Positions 10,805-26,331 of a stretch of DNA of 64,000 nt are shown here, piece after piece. A model generated the notes under the pieces. It was not told where the DNA came from, made no database searches, and saw only the letters and a list, made by a program, of their open reading frames with translations. A program made the position numbers and the translations under genes. This stretch comes from Alphaproteobacteria bacterium (GTDB taxonomy: Bacteria; Pseudomonadota; Alphaproteobacteria; SP197). Where the stretch lies: assembly GCA_964291415.2 (NCBI GenBank), contig OZ219920.1, positions 640,001 through 704,000 of the forward strand, given 5' to 3'. Position 1 is the first letter of the stretch. Each line of letters starts with the position of its first letter.

Positions 10805-12124
10805 CTAGTAGCCGGCCGCCTCCATTTCATCGACCGTCAGGGCCTGTGCCTTCTCGAGCGCTTCGGCGACGGTCTGCTGGCCTGCCAGCGCGGCCGAGAA
10901 CTCCTGCCCCACCTGCGTGGCGATGCCTGCAAACTCCGGAATCGCGACGAACTGCACGCCGGTGTAGGGAACCGGATCGACGGTCGGCTGAGTCGGGTCG
11001 GCGGCGTTGATCGAGTTCAGCGTCATCTCGGCGAATGGCGCCGCCTCGAGATAGGCCGCGTTCTCGTACAGCGAGGTCCGTGTGCCTGGCGGGACATTGG
11101 CCCAGCCTTCCTTCGACGCCACCAACTCCGTGTATTCCTTGCTGGTCGCCCAGGCGACGAACTTCTTGGCCGCGTCCGTGGCGTCCGATCCCGCCGGAAT
11201 GGCCAGCGACCAGGCCCAGAGCCAGTTTCCGCGCTTGCCGAGGCCGTTGTCCGGCGCCAGAGCGAATCCGACACGGTCGGCCACGGTCGAGTCGTTGGGG
11301 TTGGTCACGAACGAGGCGGCGACCGTCGCATCAATCCACATGCCGCACTTGCCTTGCTGGAAGAGCGAGAGGTTTTCGTTGAACCCGTTGGTCGAGGATC
11401 CCGGAGGTCCGTAGCTCTTCATGAGGTCCATGTAGAAGTTGAGCGTGTTGGCCCACGCCTCGCTGTCGAACTGCGGTCGCCAGTCCTCGTCGAACCAGCG
11501 TGCGCCGAAGGAGTTCGACGTGGCGGTAATGAACGCCATGTTCTCGCCCCAGCCGGCCTTGCCGCGCAGGCAGACCCCGTAAATCTCGCCGTCCTTGTCA
11601 GTCATCGCGGCCGCCGCTTCCCTGATGAACTCCCAGGTCGGGGCGTCCGGCATCTCCAGACCGGCCTTCTCCATCAGGTCGGTCCGATACATCACCATGG
11701 AACTTTCACCGTAGAACGGCGCAGCGTAGAGCTCTCCGTCCACGGTCAGGCCGGCGCGGATCGCGGGCAGAAGATCGTCGGCATCCCACTCGGGCGGGAG
11801 ATCGTTGAGCGATACGAGCCAGCCATTCCGACTCCAGATCGGAACCTCGTAGGTGCCGATGGTCAGGACGTCGAACTGGCCGCCCTTCGCGGCGATGTCC
11901 TGGGTCACGCGCTGGCGCAGCACGTTTTCTTCGAGCGTCACCCATTCGAGGGCGACGTCGGGATTCCGGGACGTGAAATCCTCCGTCAGCCCCTGCATCC
12001 GGATCATGTCGCCATTGTTGACGGTGGCAATGGTGACAGTGACGGTGTGCGAGTCGGCATGGGCGCCGGTGGTTCCGATGAGCGCAACCGCACAGGCTGC
12101 GCGGAGCACGGTCTTCAGGTTCAT
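10805..12124 (-). CDS. smoE: Sorbitol/mannitol ABC transporter substrate-binding protein
   Basis: Signal peptide; TIATVNNGDMIRMQ, LEENVLRQRVT, CLRGKAGWGEN and NWLWAWSLAIP motifs; GAGGAG RBS. Confidence 0.92.
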   Translation of the reverse strand: MNLKTVLRAACAVALIGTTGAHADSHTVTVTIATVNNGDMIRMQGLTEDFTSRNPDVALEWVTLEENVLRQRVTQDIAAKGGQFDVLTIGTYEVPIWSRNGWLVSLNDLPPEWDADDLLPAIRAGLTVDGELYAAPFYGESSMVMYRTDLMEKAGLEMPDAPTWEFIREAAAAMTDKDGEIYGVCLRGKAGWGENMAFITATSNSFGARWFDEDWRPQFDSEAWANTLNFYMDLMKSYGPPGSSTNGFNENLSLFQQGKCGMWIDATVAASFVTNPNDSTVADRVGFALAPDNGLGKRGNWLWAWSLAIPAGSDATDAAKKFVAWATSKEYTELVASKEGWANVPPGTRTSLYENAAYLEAAPFAEMTLNSINAADPTQPTVDPVPYTGVQFVAIPEFAGIATQVGQEFSAALAGQQTVAEALEKAQALTVDEMEAAGY

Positions 12125-12331
12125 GTGTTTCTCCTCAGATGTTTCGATGGCCTATTCAGATGGACTTGGTTGCACATTCCCTTGTCGAGTTCGAACCGCC
12201 TGGGTGGCAATGCCGGCGACTTCCTGAACCCGGTTCAGCACGCCGCCGGAAATCCTGACTTGCCAGGAGCCTGAGTATCCGCAACCCGCAGGCCAGGCCA
12301 CCCTTCGTGCTTCGGCACCCGACTGCCCGGT

Positions 12332-12386
12332 ATCATCTTCAATGAACACCTGCTGTCAATAAATAAATGCGGTTGATTTTGTATTG
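12332..12386 (-). promoter_or_regulatory. Putative smo promoter (-35 TTGACA) overlapped by an AT-rich ROK-type operator
   Basis: TGTCAA at 12354-12359 (TTGACA on minus). Imperfect palindrome CAATAAATAAAT-gcggttg-ATTTTGTATTG at 12357-12386 in otherwise GC-rich DNA. Confidence 0.5.
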
Positions 12387-12565
12387 GCGTGCAAGGCGAG
12401 ATCGGCGATGATGCCTTGAGTGAATGACACCATGACTGGCATTCACGTCCTGCCGGCGAGGCGGACTGTTCGCGACCTCTCGAACGAAGGTTCGGAGGCG
12501 TTGCGGCGCTCAACGGCCGATGTCGCGTTGCGTGCCGCCGGGTTCTGCATTCTAAGGAGGAAGGA

Positions 12566-13834
12566 ATGAGCGCTGTCTCCGTGGGTACGGGCGTGCTGAC
12601 CCGACAGTCGATGGCATTCGTCCTTGCCGGAGGGCGTGGCAGTCGTCTTGAAGAACTGACGCAGAAGCGAGCGAAACCGGCGGTGTTCTTCGGCGGCAAG
12701 AGCCGCATCATCGACTTCGCGCTGTCCAACGCCGTCAACTCCGGCATTCGGCGCATCGGCGTGGCCACCCAATACAAGGCCCACAGCCTGATCCGACACC
12801 TGCAACGCGGCTGGAGCTTCTTCCAGGCCGAGCGCAACGAGATGCTCGACGTGCTGCCCGCCTCCCAGCGGGTCGACGAAGGGCAGTGGTATCTCGGCAC
12901 CGCGGATGCCGTCACCCAGAACATCGACATCATCGAGAGCTACGGGGTGCGGTTCATCGTCGTCCTGGCCGGCGACCACGTCTACAAGATGGACTACGGC
13001 GTCATGCTGGCGCAGCACGTCGACTCTGGCGCCGACGTGACGGTCGGCTGCGTCCAGGTGCCCCGGATGGAAGCCACCGGCTTCGGCGTGATGCACGTGG
13101 ACGAAGCGAGCCGCATCATCCGGTTCGTCGAGAAGCCGGCCGACCCGCCCGGCATCCCGGATGACCCGGATCACGCCCTGGCCTCGATGGGCATCTACGT
13201 CTTCGAGACCGGCTTCCTGATCGACCAGCTCCGCCGGGATGCGGCGGATCCGGACTCCGGTCACGACTTCGGCAGGAACCTCATCCCCCACGTGGTCGAG
13301 CACGGCAAGGCGGTGGCGCACCGCTTCTCCGACTCCTGCGTCATGACCGGTTCCGAGCCACGCCCCTACTGGCGCGACGTCGGCACCGTGGACTCCTACT
13401 GGCGCGCCAACATCGACCTCATCGACGTTGAGCCGGAGCTCGACATCTACTCCCGCGACTGGCCCATCTGGACCTACGGCGAAGTGACGCCGCCCGCCAA
13501 GTTCATCCACGACGACGAGGATCGGCGCGGTTCCGCGGTGTCCTCCATGGTCTCGGGCGGCTGCGTCATATCGGGCTCCAGCGTTCACCGGAGCCTGCTT
13601 TTCACCGGAGTCCACTGCCACTCCTACAGTCAGCTTGAGGGAGTGGTCGCGTTGCCGTACAGCGTCATCAGCCGAAACGCGCGTCTGACCCGAGTCGTGC
13701 TGGACAGGGGTGTGAGCTTGCCGGAGGGCCTGGTGGCGGGCGAAGACCCCGCGGAGGACGCCAGGCGGTTTCGGGTTACCAGTGGAGGGGTCACACTGAT
13801 AACCCAGACGATGATCGACGCCCTGGACCGCTGA
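12566..13834 (+). CDS. glgC: Glucose-1-phosphate adenylyltransferase
   Basis: [37 protein letters not shown] and YWRDVGT motifs; AAGGAGG RBS. Confidence 0.97.
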   Translation: MSAVSVGTGVLTRQSMAFVLAGGRGSRLEELTQKRAKPAVFFGGKSRIIDFALSNAVNSGIRRIGVATQYKAHSLIRHLQRGWSFFQAERNEMLDVLPASQRVDEGQWYLGTADAVTQNIDIIESYGVRFIVVLAGDHVYKMDYGVMLAQHVDSGADVTVGCVQVPRMEATGFGVMHVDEASRIIRFVEKPADPPGIPDDPDHALASMGIYVFETGFLIDQLRRDAADPDSGHDFGRNLIPHVVEHGKAVAHRFSDSCVMTGSEPRPYWRDVGTVDSYWRANIDLIDVEPELDIYSRDWPIWTYGEVTPPAKFIHDDEDRRGSAVSSMVSGGCVISGSSVHRSLLFTGVHCHSYSQLEGVVALPYSVISRNARLTRVVLDRGVSLPEGLVAGEDPAEDARRFRVTSGGVTLITQTMIDALDR

Positions 13835-13961
13835 CGTCCCGGCAACCGAGGATCACAGACAACCGTGACCAGGTGGCTCAGACGTGCGCGTGGCTGGCAG
13901 GGATGGATGCATCCAGGGGTCTGAATCGGGGCCGTTGAAACGAGTGGGAATCCGAGAACAC

Positions 13962-15407
13962 ATGAAGGTGTTGTCCGTTGCCTCCGAGTGCGTGCCCTTC
14001 GCCAAGACGGGTGGTCTCGCCGATGTGGTCGGCGCCCTTCCGGGTGCGCTGGCTCAACTCGGCGTCGAGGTGCGTGTGCTGATGCCGGGCTATCCGACCG
14101 TGAAGACGATGCTTCCCGAGGACGCCGAGGCCTGCGAGTTCGAGCGGCTGCCCGGCGGGCGGGCGCGCGTCCTCACGGCACGGGCCGGCGGACTGGATGC
14201 CATCGTTCTGGATGCGCCTCGACTGTTCGACCGGCCCGGCAATCCCTACCTCGGACCGGACGGCCGGGACTGGCCCGACAATCATCTTCGGTATGGCGCC
14301 CTCTGCCGCGCTGCGGCGAGAATTGCCGTCTCCGGGATCGACGGCTGGCGGCCGGACGTCGTGCACCTGCACGACTGGCAGGCGGGCCTGGCTGCGGCCT
14401 ACCTCAAGCTCGGCCGCCATCCCGCGCCCCCCAGTGTGCTGACCCTCCACAACATCGCCTTTCAGGGCCTCTTTCCATCGGACGTGACGACACCGCTGCA
14501 ATTGCCCAGGAGCGGGTTTCACGCCAGCGGTTTCGAGTTCTTCGGCCAGGTCGGCTTCCTCAAGGCCGGCCTGGTCTACGCGGACCGGATTACGACAGTC
14601 AGCCCGGCCTATGCCCGCGAGCTGACGCGTCCGGAGTTCGGAATGGGCCTGGAGGGAGTGATCGCGTCGCGTCGCGCCGACGTGCTCGGCATCCTGAACG
14701 GCATCGACCTCGAGGTCTGGAATCCGCAGAGCGATTCCGACATTGCCGCGCAATACTCCGCTGAAGCGCCAGCCGGCAAGGTCGTCAACCGCGTTGCTCT
14801 GGCCCAGGCGTTCAACCTCGATGCCAACGCCGCAAGCCCCCTGTTCTGCGTGGTCAGCCGACTCACCCGGCAAAAGGGTCTGGATCTGCTGCTGGAGATT
14901 CTGCCCCGTCTGCTGGCGCGCGGCGCCAGCCTCGCTGTGCTCGGATCCGGCGATGCGGATCTGGAGAGCGCATTGCAAACGGCAGCCGCGGACCACCCCG
15001 GACGAGTCGGTGTGGCCATCGGCTGGGACGAGCCGCTCTCGCACCTGATGCAGGCCGGCGCCGACGCCATCGTGGTCCCGTCGCGCTTCGAGCCCTGCGG
15101 CCTCACCCAGCTCTACGGCCTGCGCTACGGCACCCTGCCGGTGGTGTCCCGCACTGGCGGCCTGGAGGATACCGTGATTGACGCCAACGAAGCGGCGCGT
15201 CGAGCCGGGACAGCGACGGGATTCCAGTTCTCGCCGGTATCGGCATTGCCCCTGGCCGATGCCATCGACCGGGCGTGCGACGCATTCGCCGACCAGGAGC
15301 TGTGGTCGACCATGGTACGACGCGCCATGCGCCATCCGGTCGGCTGGACTGCTTCGGCCGAAGCCTACGCCGGGATCTATTCCGAACTCGCCGGGATCGC
15401 GCCGTGA
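13962..15407 (+). CDS. glgA: Glycogen synthase
   Basis: KTGGLADV, HLHDWQ, TLHNIAFQG and PSRFEPCGLTQ motifs. Confidence 0.97.
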   Translation: MKVLSVASECVPFAKTGGLADVVGALPGALAQLGVEVRVLMPGYPTVKTMLPEDAEACEFERLPGGRARVLTARAGGLDAIVLDAPRLFDRPGNPYLGPDGRDWPDNHLRYGALCRAAARIAVSGIDGWRPDVVHLHDWQAGLAAAYLKLGRHPAPPSVLTLHNIAFQGLFPSDVTTPLQLPRSGFHASGFEFFGQVGFLKAGLVYADRITTVSPAYARELTRPEFGMGLEGVIASRRADVLGILNGIDLEVWNPQSDSDIAAQYSAEAPAGKVVNRVALAQAFNLDANAASPLFCVVSRLTRQKGLDLLLEILPRLLARGASLAVLGSGDADLESALQTAAADHPGRVGVAIGWDEPLSHLMQAGADAIVVPSRFEPCGLTQLYGLRYGTLPVVSRTGGLEDTVIDANEAARRAGTATGFQFSPVSALPLADAIDRACDAFADQELWSTMVRRAMRHPVGWTASAEAYAGIYSELAGIAP

Positions 15408-17505
15408 AGGCCAGGGCCGCGCGGGAGGTCATGTCCGGCAGGCCGGATCCCCTCGGCGTCCATTGGGACGGCGAGGGTGTGAACGTCGCGGTGTTCTCGG
15501 AAAACGCGACCGGAATCGAGATCTGCCTGTTCTGCGAGGACGGGCAGCGGGAGACGGAGCGCCTGGCGTTGCCGGAAAGAAGCGGGTCCGTGTGGCACGG
15601 CTATCTGCCCGGTCTCGCGCCCGGAGCACTGTACGGTCTGCGTGCCCACGGCCCCTACGCGCCGGAGCGTGGTCACCGTTTCAATCCCAACAAGCTGCTG
15701 CTCGATCCCTATGCCCGCAGATTGCACGGACGATTCTTCGTCGGCGATGCGTGTCTCGGCTACGATCCCGCGTCTTCCGAGGGAGACCTCTCGTTCTCCT
15801 GCGTGGACAGCGCCCCAGAGATGCCGAAGTGCGTGGTGACGGCACCCGCCCCGCCGGTGCCTGAGGGCGAGCGGCCCAACACGGCCTGGTCCGAGACCGT
15901 GATCTACGAAGCCCATCCCAAGGGGCTCACGCGTCTGTGGCCGAAGCTGCCGGAAGAGCTGCGCGGCACCTACGAAGCCCTCGGCGCGGAGCCGGTGCTG
16001 GAACATCTCACCTCGCTCGGCATCACCGCGCTGGAACTCCTGCCGGTCCATTCGTTTGCTGACGAACGCCGGCTTCTCCGGTCGGGTCTCGTCAACTACT
16101 GGGGGTACAACAGCATCGGTTTCTTCGCACTCGAACCACGGTACGTCGGTCGAGCAGGTCCCGGCGGCTTTCGCGACACAGTGCGAAGGCTCCATGCCGC
16201 GGGAATCGAGGTCATCCTGGACGTCGTCTACAACCACACCGCCGAGGGGGACGAGAACGGGCCGACCCTCTCGCTGCGCGGGCTGGACAACGCCGCCTAC
16301 TATCGCCTTTGCTGCGGGGAGGAGCGCTACTACTGCAACGAATCCGGTTGCGGCAACGCCCTCGATGTCTCCCACCCCTTTGTTCTCCGACTGCTCCTGG
16401 ACAGCCTGCGCTGGTGGGTCGAGGCCATGGGTGTCGACGGCTTCCGCTTCGATCTGGCGACCACTCTTGGACGGGATGCCCATGGTTTCGACGCCCGCGG
16501 CGGTTTCTTCGATGCCCTGCGACAGGATCCGGTGCTGGGGCAGGCGAAGCTGATCGTCGAGCCATGGGATCTGGGTTCCGGAGGATATCGCCTGGGCGAG
16601 TTTCCGCCCGGATGTGCGGAGTGGAACGACAGGTTCCGCGACGGAGTGCGCCGCTTTTGGCGCGGCGATGCGCACGCTGCACAGGAATTCGCGGAGCGGC
16701 TTCTCGGATCGGCCGGCACCTTCGACCGCGACGGACGCCAGAGCTGGTCCTCGGTGAACTACGCGGCCTCTCACGACGGCTTCACCCTCGCCGACGTCAC
16801 CGCCTACAACGAAAGGCGCAACGAGGCCAACGGCGAGGAAAACCGGGATGGTCACAAGGAGAACTGGAGTGACAACTGTGGCGAGGAAGGCGAGAGCGAG
16901 GATGCGGCGATCCGTCTTCGCCGGGCCCGGCGGCGTCGCAACATGCTTGCCAGCGTCTTCCTGGCGCAGGGAACACCGATGCTGCGCGCCGGAGACGAGA
17001 TAGCCGACAGCCAGCGGGGCAACAACAACGCCTATTGCCAGGACAACGAAACAGGCTGGATCGACTGGGAGCATTCCGACACGTTTCTGCTGGCCTTCAC
17101 CCGGCGGCTCATTGCGTTGCGCCGAGCCCATCCGTGTCTCAGGCAGCGCCGGTTTCTGCACGGCCGCGAACACGCCTGCGACGGCGCGCCCGACGTCGCG
17201 TGGCAGGGACTTGAGGGAGGCCCCGTTGACTGGGATGATCCGCATCTCGCGGGCTTCTGCCTGCTGCTCGCAGGGTGTGTCTGCGCCGCCAACGCCGAAC
17301 GTCGCGATCTCGCGGACCGCATGGCTCTCGTCTTCAATCGGTCGCCCAGGATGGTCTCCGTCCACCTGCCCCCGCCTGGCGATGACCGTGTCTGGCTGCG
17401 TACCCTGGAGACCGACTGGTTCGAAGCGCCCCCTTCGGCCTGTATCGACCTTCGACAGGACATACCGCCTGAGTCGGTTGTTGCCTTTGAAGCCGGAGTT
17501 GCTCC

Positions 17506-17509
<4 letters not shown>
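15404..17509 (+). CDS. glgX: Glycogen debranching enzyme
   Basis: NKLLLDPYA, NYWGYNS, DVVYNHTAEG, GFRFDLA, HDGFTL and NNNAYCQDN motifs. Start is GTG 15404 (GTGA overlap) or ATG 15431. Confidence 0.95.
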
Positions 17510-21368
<3,859 letters not shown>

Positions 21369-21370
21369 AC

Positions 21371-23767
21371 ATGAAGACGCCTTCGCCGCCGCCCGACGCA
21401 GCGGGCCTTCGCAGCTCCATCGAGTACCACCTGCGCTACACGACCGGAAAGGCGCCGGCGGCCGCGACCCTGACGGATTGGCGGCTGGCGGTTTCGCGGG
21501 CGGTCCGTGACCTCGTGATCGCACCGTGGTTCGAGACGACGCGGCGGATCTATGCCGAAGACCCGAAGCGGGTCTACTACCTGTCGATGGAATTCCTCAT
21601 TGGTCGCCTGCTCGAGGATGCCGTCGCCAATCTGGGGCTCGACGAAGAGCTCCGGGCGATCGTCGAGGATTTTGGCGTCGATTACCGGGCACTGCTTGCC
21701 GACGAGCCGGACGCTGCGCTCGGCAACGGCGGGCTCGGCCGTCTTGCCGCGTGTTTCCTGGATTCCATGTCCACAGTTGGCCTGGCGGCCTACGGCTACG
21801 GCATTCGCTACGCGCATGGCCTGTTTCAGCAATCCTTCAAGGACGGCTGGCAGGTCGAGGAGGCGGAGGACTGGCTGCGCCAGGTTCATCCCTGGGAATT
21901 TGAACGGCCTGAGGCCAGCCACGCGGTCCACTTCGGCGGTTCCGTGCGCACCGACGGCACCCGCACCACCTGGACGCCCGACGAGACCGTGCTGGCCGTC
22001 GCCTACGATACGCCGATTCCGGGCTGGCGAGGGCGCTGGTCCAATACGCTGCGGTTGTGGTCCGCCAAGCCGGTGCTGGAGTTCGACCTCGAGCCATTCA
22101 ACCGGGGCGATTACGTGGCCGCGGCCGTTCCCTCGGTTCTGGCAGAAACCATTAGCCGCGTGCTCTACCCCGACGATACGACCGAACAGGGCCGGGAACT
22201 GAGGCTGAAGCAGGAATACTTCTTCTCCGCCGCCTCCATTTCCGACATCGTGCGGCGGTTCCTCGCGCATCATGACGACGTGTCCGGGCTGCCCGGCGCC
22301 ATCGCAATCCAGCTCAACGACACCCACCCGGCCATCGCCATTCCGGAGCTGGTCCGCCTGCTGGTTGATGACCACCGGCAATCCTTCGCCGACGCCTTCG
22401 AGATCGCCCGCGCCTGTTTCCACTACACCAACCACACCCTGCTTCCGGAGGCGCTGGAACGCTGGCCGGTGGATCTGATCGGCCGGATCCTGCCTCGGCA
22501 CCTGGAACTCATCGAGCTCATCGACGCGTATCACGCCCGTGTGGTGCCGCGGTCCGACAGTGTCAGGGTGATCGACGGCGGCGAGGTGCGCATGGGAGAT
22601 CTGGCCTTCATTGGCTCCCGCCGTGTCAACGGTGTGTCGGCCCTTCACACCGAACTGATGAAACAGACCGTGTTCAGGGACCTAAACGCACTGCATCCCG
22701 AGCGTATCGTGAACCAGACCAACGGAGTGACTCCCCGACGCTGGCTCCACAACAGCAATCCGGCGCTTCGCAACCTTTTGAAGGAGGTCGATGGCGAGGC
22801 CTGGGTGACCGATCTGGAGCGCCTGGAGTGTCTCGTGCCATTGGCCGACGACCCGGCCTTTCGCGCGCGTTTCGCCGACGCCAAGTTCGCCAACAAGCGC
22901 CGCCTCGCCGAGTGGCTGGACCGCAGTCTCGGGATCAAGGTGGACCCGGAAGCCATGTTCGACGTCCAGATCAAGCGGATCCACGAATACAAGCGCCAGC
23001 TCATGAACATCCTTCATGCGGCCGCGATATGGAACCGGATCCGCCGCAACCCCGATGTGGACTGGGTGCCGCGAGTCAAGATTATCGCCGGCAAGGCGGC
23101 TCCCGGGTACGCCATGGCCAAACTGGTGATCAAGCTGATCAACGACATTGCCGCCGCCGTCAACTCGGACCCGCGCATGTCCGGACGCCTGCAAGTCGTC
23201 TATCCACCCGACTACAATGTGTCCATGGCGGAGATCCTTGTCCCTGCCTCCGACCTCTCGGAGCAGATTTCGACCGCCGGCATGGAAGCCTCGGGCACCG
23301 GCAACATGAAACTCGCCATGAACGGCTCCCTCACTGTCGGCACCCTGGATGGAGCCAACGTCGAAATCGGCGAGGCCGTGGGCTGGGACAACATCTTCAT
23401 CTTCGGACAGACAGCCGAGGAGGTGGCCGCGAGCCGCGTGGCGGGCCACCGGCCCGAGCACCACATTGCTGCTGATCCGCTGCTGGCCGAAGTGCTCGAC
23501 CAAGTCGAGTCCGGTCTCTTTTCTCCGGACGATCCGCACCGCTACGCAGCGTTGATCGACAACCTGCGCCATCACGACTGGTTCATGGTCACCGCCGACT
23601 TCTCTGCCTACCGGAAGATCCAGGACCGGATCGACGCGGCCTGGCGGGACCGGGACGACTGGAATCGGCGCTCGGTGCTCAACACCGCCCGCATGGGCCG
23701 GTTCTCCTCTGATCGCACCATCCGCGGCTATGCCCGAGACATCTGGGACGCCACCGCGGCGTTTTGA
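21371..23767 (+). CDS. glgP: Glycogen phosphorylase
   Basis: LGNGGLGRLAACF, QLNDTHP, KRIHEYKRQ and EASGTGNMK (PLP lysine) motifs. Confidence 0.97.
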   Translation: MKTPSPPPDAAGLRSSIEYHLRYTTGKAPAAATLTDWRLAVSRAVRDLVIAPWFETTRRIYAEDPKRVYYLSMEFLIGRLLEDAVANLGLDEELRAIVEDFGVDYRALLADEPDAALGNGGLGRLAACFLDSMSTVGLAAYGYGIRYAHGLFQQSFKDGWQVEEAEDWLRQVHPWEFERPEASHAVHFGGSVRTDGTRTTWTPDETVLAVAYDTPIPGWRGRWSNTLRLWSAKPVLEFDLEPFNRGDYVAAAVPSVLAETISRVLYPDDTTEQGRELRLKQEYFFSAASISDIVRRFLAHHDDVSGLPGAIAIQLNDTHPAIAIPELVRLLVDDHRQSFADAFEIARACFHYTNHTLLPEALERWPVDLIGRILPRHLELIELIDAYHARVVPRSDSVRVIDGGEVRMGDLAFIGSRRVNGVSALHTELMKQTVFRDLNALHPERIVNQTNGVTPRRWLHNSNPALRNLLKEVDGEAWVTDLERLECLVPLADDPAFRARFADAKFANKRRLAEWLDRSLGIKVDPEAMFDVQIKRIHEYKRQLMNILHAAAIWNRIRRNPDVDWVPRVKIIAGKAAPGYAMAKLVIKLINDIAAAVNSDPRMSGRLQVVYPPDYNVSMAEILVPASDLSEQISTAGMEASGTGNMKLAMNGSLTVGTLDGANVEIGEAVGWDNIFIFGQTAEEVAASRVAGHRPEHHIAADPLLAEVLDQVESGLFSPDDPHRYAALIDNLRHHDWFMVTADFSAYRKIQDRIDAAWRDRDDWNRRSVLNTARMGRFSSDRTIRGYARDIWDATAAF

Positions 23768-23774
23768 CGATCAG

Positions 23775-25967
23775 ATGGCAACGCCGCTCACCGATCCTCG
23801 CCAGAACGCCGCTCTTGCGCGCGGCGAACATGACAACCCCTTCGCTTACCTTGGACCGCACCGCCTGGGGAAGAGGACCTGGGTGCTGCGCGTCTTCCGG
23901 CCCGGTGTGAATGCGGTGACCATGCTGCCCGCGCACAAACGCCGCAAGCCGGTATCGCTGCAAGCCGACACGGACGGGCTCTTCGCCGCCAGGTTGAGGG
24001 CTGAGCCGGGCGCCTATCGGCTGAGCGTATCGAATGCGGCTGACACCTGGGAGGAGGAAGACCCCTTTCGTTTCGGGCCGGTTCTGGGCGAGATGGACAG
24101 GTACTTCCTGAGCGAGGGCACGCACCTCGATCTCTGGCGGGTGCTGGGCGCCCATCCTCTGGTCAGGGAGGGGATCGCCGGTACGCATTTCGCGGTGTGG
24201 GCGCCCAACGCACGGCGGGTGTCGGTCGTCGGCGATTTCAACCACTGGGACGGGCGGCGGCACCCCATGGGACGGTGTGGATCGACCGGCGTGTGGGAGG
24301 TCTTTCTGCCTGGAGTTCCGGCAGGCGCCCGCTACAAGTACGAAATCAGGGCTTCCGACGGTGCCGTGCTGCCTCTCAAGGCCGATCCGGTCGGCTTCGG
24401 AGCCGAGCACCCGCCCGCCACGGCATCCGTCGTGCGCGGTCTCGGCGCCAGGCAGTGGAAGGACGGTGAATGGCTCGACAGGCGCGGCACGATGAGCCGG
24501 CCCGATCGGCCCATTGCGATCTATGAAGCCCACCTCGGCTCCTGGAAACGCGCCGATAACGGCGCCCGCCCGCTCAGCTACCACGAGCTTGCAGAGGACC
24601 TGGTGCCCTACGTGCGCAACATGGGATTCACGCACATCGAGATCACGCCCGTGTCCGAGCATCCCTTTGACGGCTCATGGGGCTATCAGCCCGTCGGTCT
24701 CTTCGCACCGACCAGCCGCCACGGCACCCTTGACGAGTTCCGTGACTTCGTCGAAGCCTGCCACACGGCGGGTCTCGGCCTCATCCTGGACTGGGTGCCC
24801 GGCCATTTTCCTTCCGACGAGCACGGACTTGGACGCTTCGACGGTACGGCGCTCTACGAATACGCCGACCCGCGAGAGGGGACCCATCGGGACTGGGGTA
24901 CGTTGATCTACAACTACGCCAGGCACGAGGTCCGGAACTACCTGATCGCCAATGCCCTCTATTGGTTGAAGGAGCACCACGTTGACGGCCTGAGAGTGGA
25001 TGCCGTCTCGTCCATGCTCTATCGCGACTACTCGCGTCCCGAAGGCGAGTGGGTGCCGAACGTTGAAGGCGGACGCGAGAACCTGGAAGCGATTGCCTTC
25101 CTGAAGCGCATGAACGAGGTGGTGTACGGCCATTGCGGGGGCGTCGCCACCTTTGCTGAGGAGTCGACTTCCTATCCGGGAATCTCCCGGCCCACCGGCG
25201 TCGGAGGGCTGGGCTTCGGCTTCAAGTGGAACATGGGCTGGATGAACGACACCCTGGACTACATGCGGCGCGACCCGATTCACCGAAAGCACCATCATCA
25301 CCAGATGACATTCGGGATCAGTTACGCCTTCTCGGAGAACTTCGTACTGCCCCTGAGTCACGACGAAGTGGTGCACGGCAAGGGCTCGATCCTTGCCAGG
25401 ATGCCGGGTGATGAGGCCCAGCGCTTCGCCAATCTGCGGGCGTACTTCGCCTTCATGTGGTGTCATCCCGGCAAGAAGCTCCTCTTCATGGGTCAGGACT
25501 TCGCCCAGCCCGGTGAGTGGAACCATGCCACCAGCCTCGACTGGCACCTGCTCGAGGAGCCGCTCCACGGTGGCGTACAAAAGCTCGTCTCGGACCTGAA
25601 CCACCTGTACCGGACGACGCCGGCGCTCCATGAGCTCGACTGCGACGAGCGCGGATTCGAATGGATCGAAGCCGACGCGGCCGAGGAATCCCTCTTCGCC
25701 TGGATACGTCGCGGTCGTGGCGAGACCGCACCGGTCGTGGTGGTCTGCAACTTCACGCCGATGGAGCGCGCACCTTATCGCCTCGGCGTGCCGATTGCGG
25801 GGATCTGGACCGAGCGCCTCAACTCCGATGCGGCGGAGTACGGTGGCAGCGGACGCGGCAACCTCGGATGGGTTCGCAGCGAACCCGTCAAATGCCACCA
25901 CCGTCCTCACTCGATCGAGATTGTCGTGCCGCCGCTTTCGACGCTGATCTTCGAGCTGAAGCGCTGA
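23775..25967 (+). CDS. glgB: 1,4-alpha-glucan branching enzyme
   Basis: FAVWAPNA, SWGYQP, DWVPGHFP, GLRVDAVSSM, AEEST and PLSHDEVVHGK motifs. Confidence 0.97.
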   Translation: MATPLTDPRQNAALARGEHDNPFAYLGPHRLGKRTWVLRVFRPGVNAVTMLPAHKRRKPVSLQADTDGLFAARLRAEPGAYRLSVSNAADTWEEEDPFRFGPVLGEMDRYFLSEGTHLDLWRVLGAHPLVREGIAGTHFAVWAPNARRVSVVGDFNHWDGRRHPMGRCGSTGVWEVFLPGVPAGARYKYEIRASDGAVLPLKADPVGFGAEHPPATASVVRGLGARQWKDGEWLDRRGTMSRPDRPIAIYEAHLGSWKRADNGARPLSYHELAEDLVPYVRNMGFTHIEITPVSEHPFDGSWGYQPVGLFAPTSRHGTLDEFRDFVEACHTAGLGLILDWVPGHFPSDEHGLGRFDGTALYEYADPREGTHRDWGTLIYNYARHEVRNYLIANALYWLKEHHVDGLRVDAVSSMLYRDYSRPEGEWVPNVEGGRENLEAIAFLKRMNEVVYGHCGGVATFAEESTSYPGISRPTGVGGLGFGFKWNMGWMNDTLDYMRRDPIHRKHHHHQMTFGISYAFSENFVLPLSHDEVVHGKGSILARMPGDEAQRFANLRAYFAFMWCHPGKKLLFMGQDFAQPGEWNHATSLDWHLLEEPLHGGVQKLVSDLNHLYRTTPALHELDCDERGFEWIEADAAEESLFAWIRRGRGETAPVVVVCNFTPMERAPYRLGVPIAGIWTERLNSDAAEYGGSGRGNLGWVRSEPVKCHHRPHSIEIVVPPLSTLIFELKR

Positions 25968-26331
25968 ACGAGACTCTCTTTCTCGCCCACCTTGTCATGC
26001 AATTCGGGTCTGGGATTCGCGGGCACGACGTGCGCGTCCGCCCTTGTCGATGAGCCCCGTCTCGGCATATCGCGACGGCCTCGATCCAGGCTTTCCGGCC
26101 GCAGCCTGCCCCGGACCCCATCCGAAAAACTCCACGACGGGGTTGTCGTTGGTGGCAGGTGCGCCGTCACCGTTGTCGATCCCCATGCCTGCCGCTCGTT
26201 GTGCCCCCGGGAGCAGGTTTTCCCTCCGAATTGGCACTGTGAAACCGCCGGACATGGGTATTCCTGTATGGAATCGAGCTCTTGTACGTCACAAACACCT
26301 CCAGGAGCCGCCTGCGTCGACTGGGGGGCGA

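Noticed and set aside
12152-12349. 65-aa ORF in the smoE leader sharing AGIATQ with SmoE
   Set aside because: Six-residue match, no RBS, and it overlaps the predicted promoter; probably chance.
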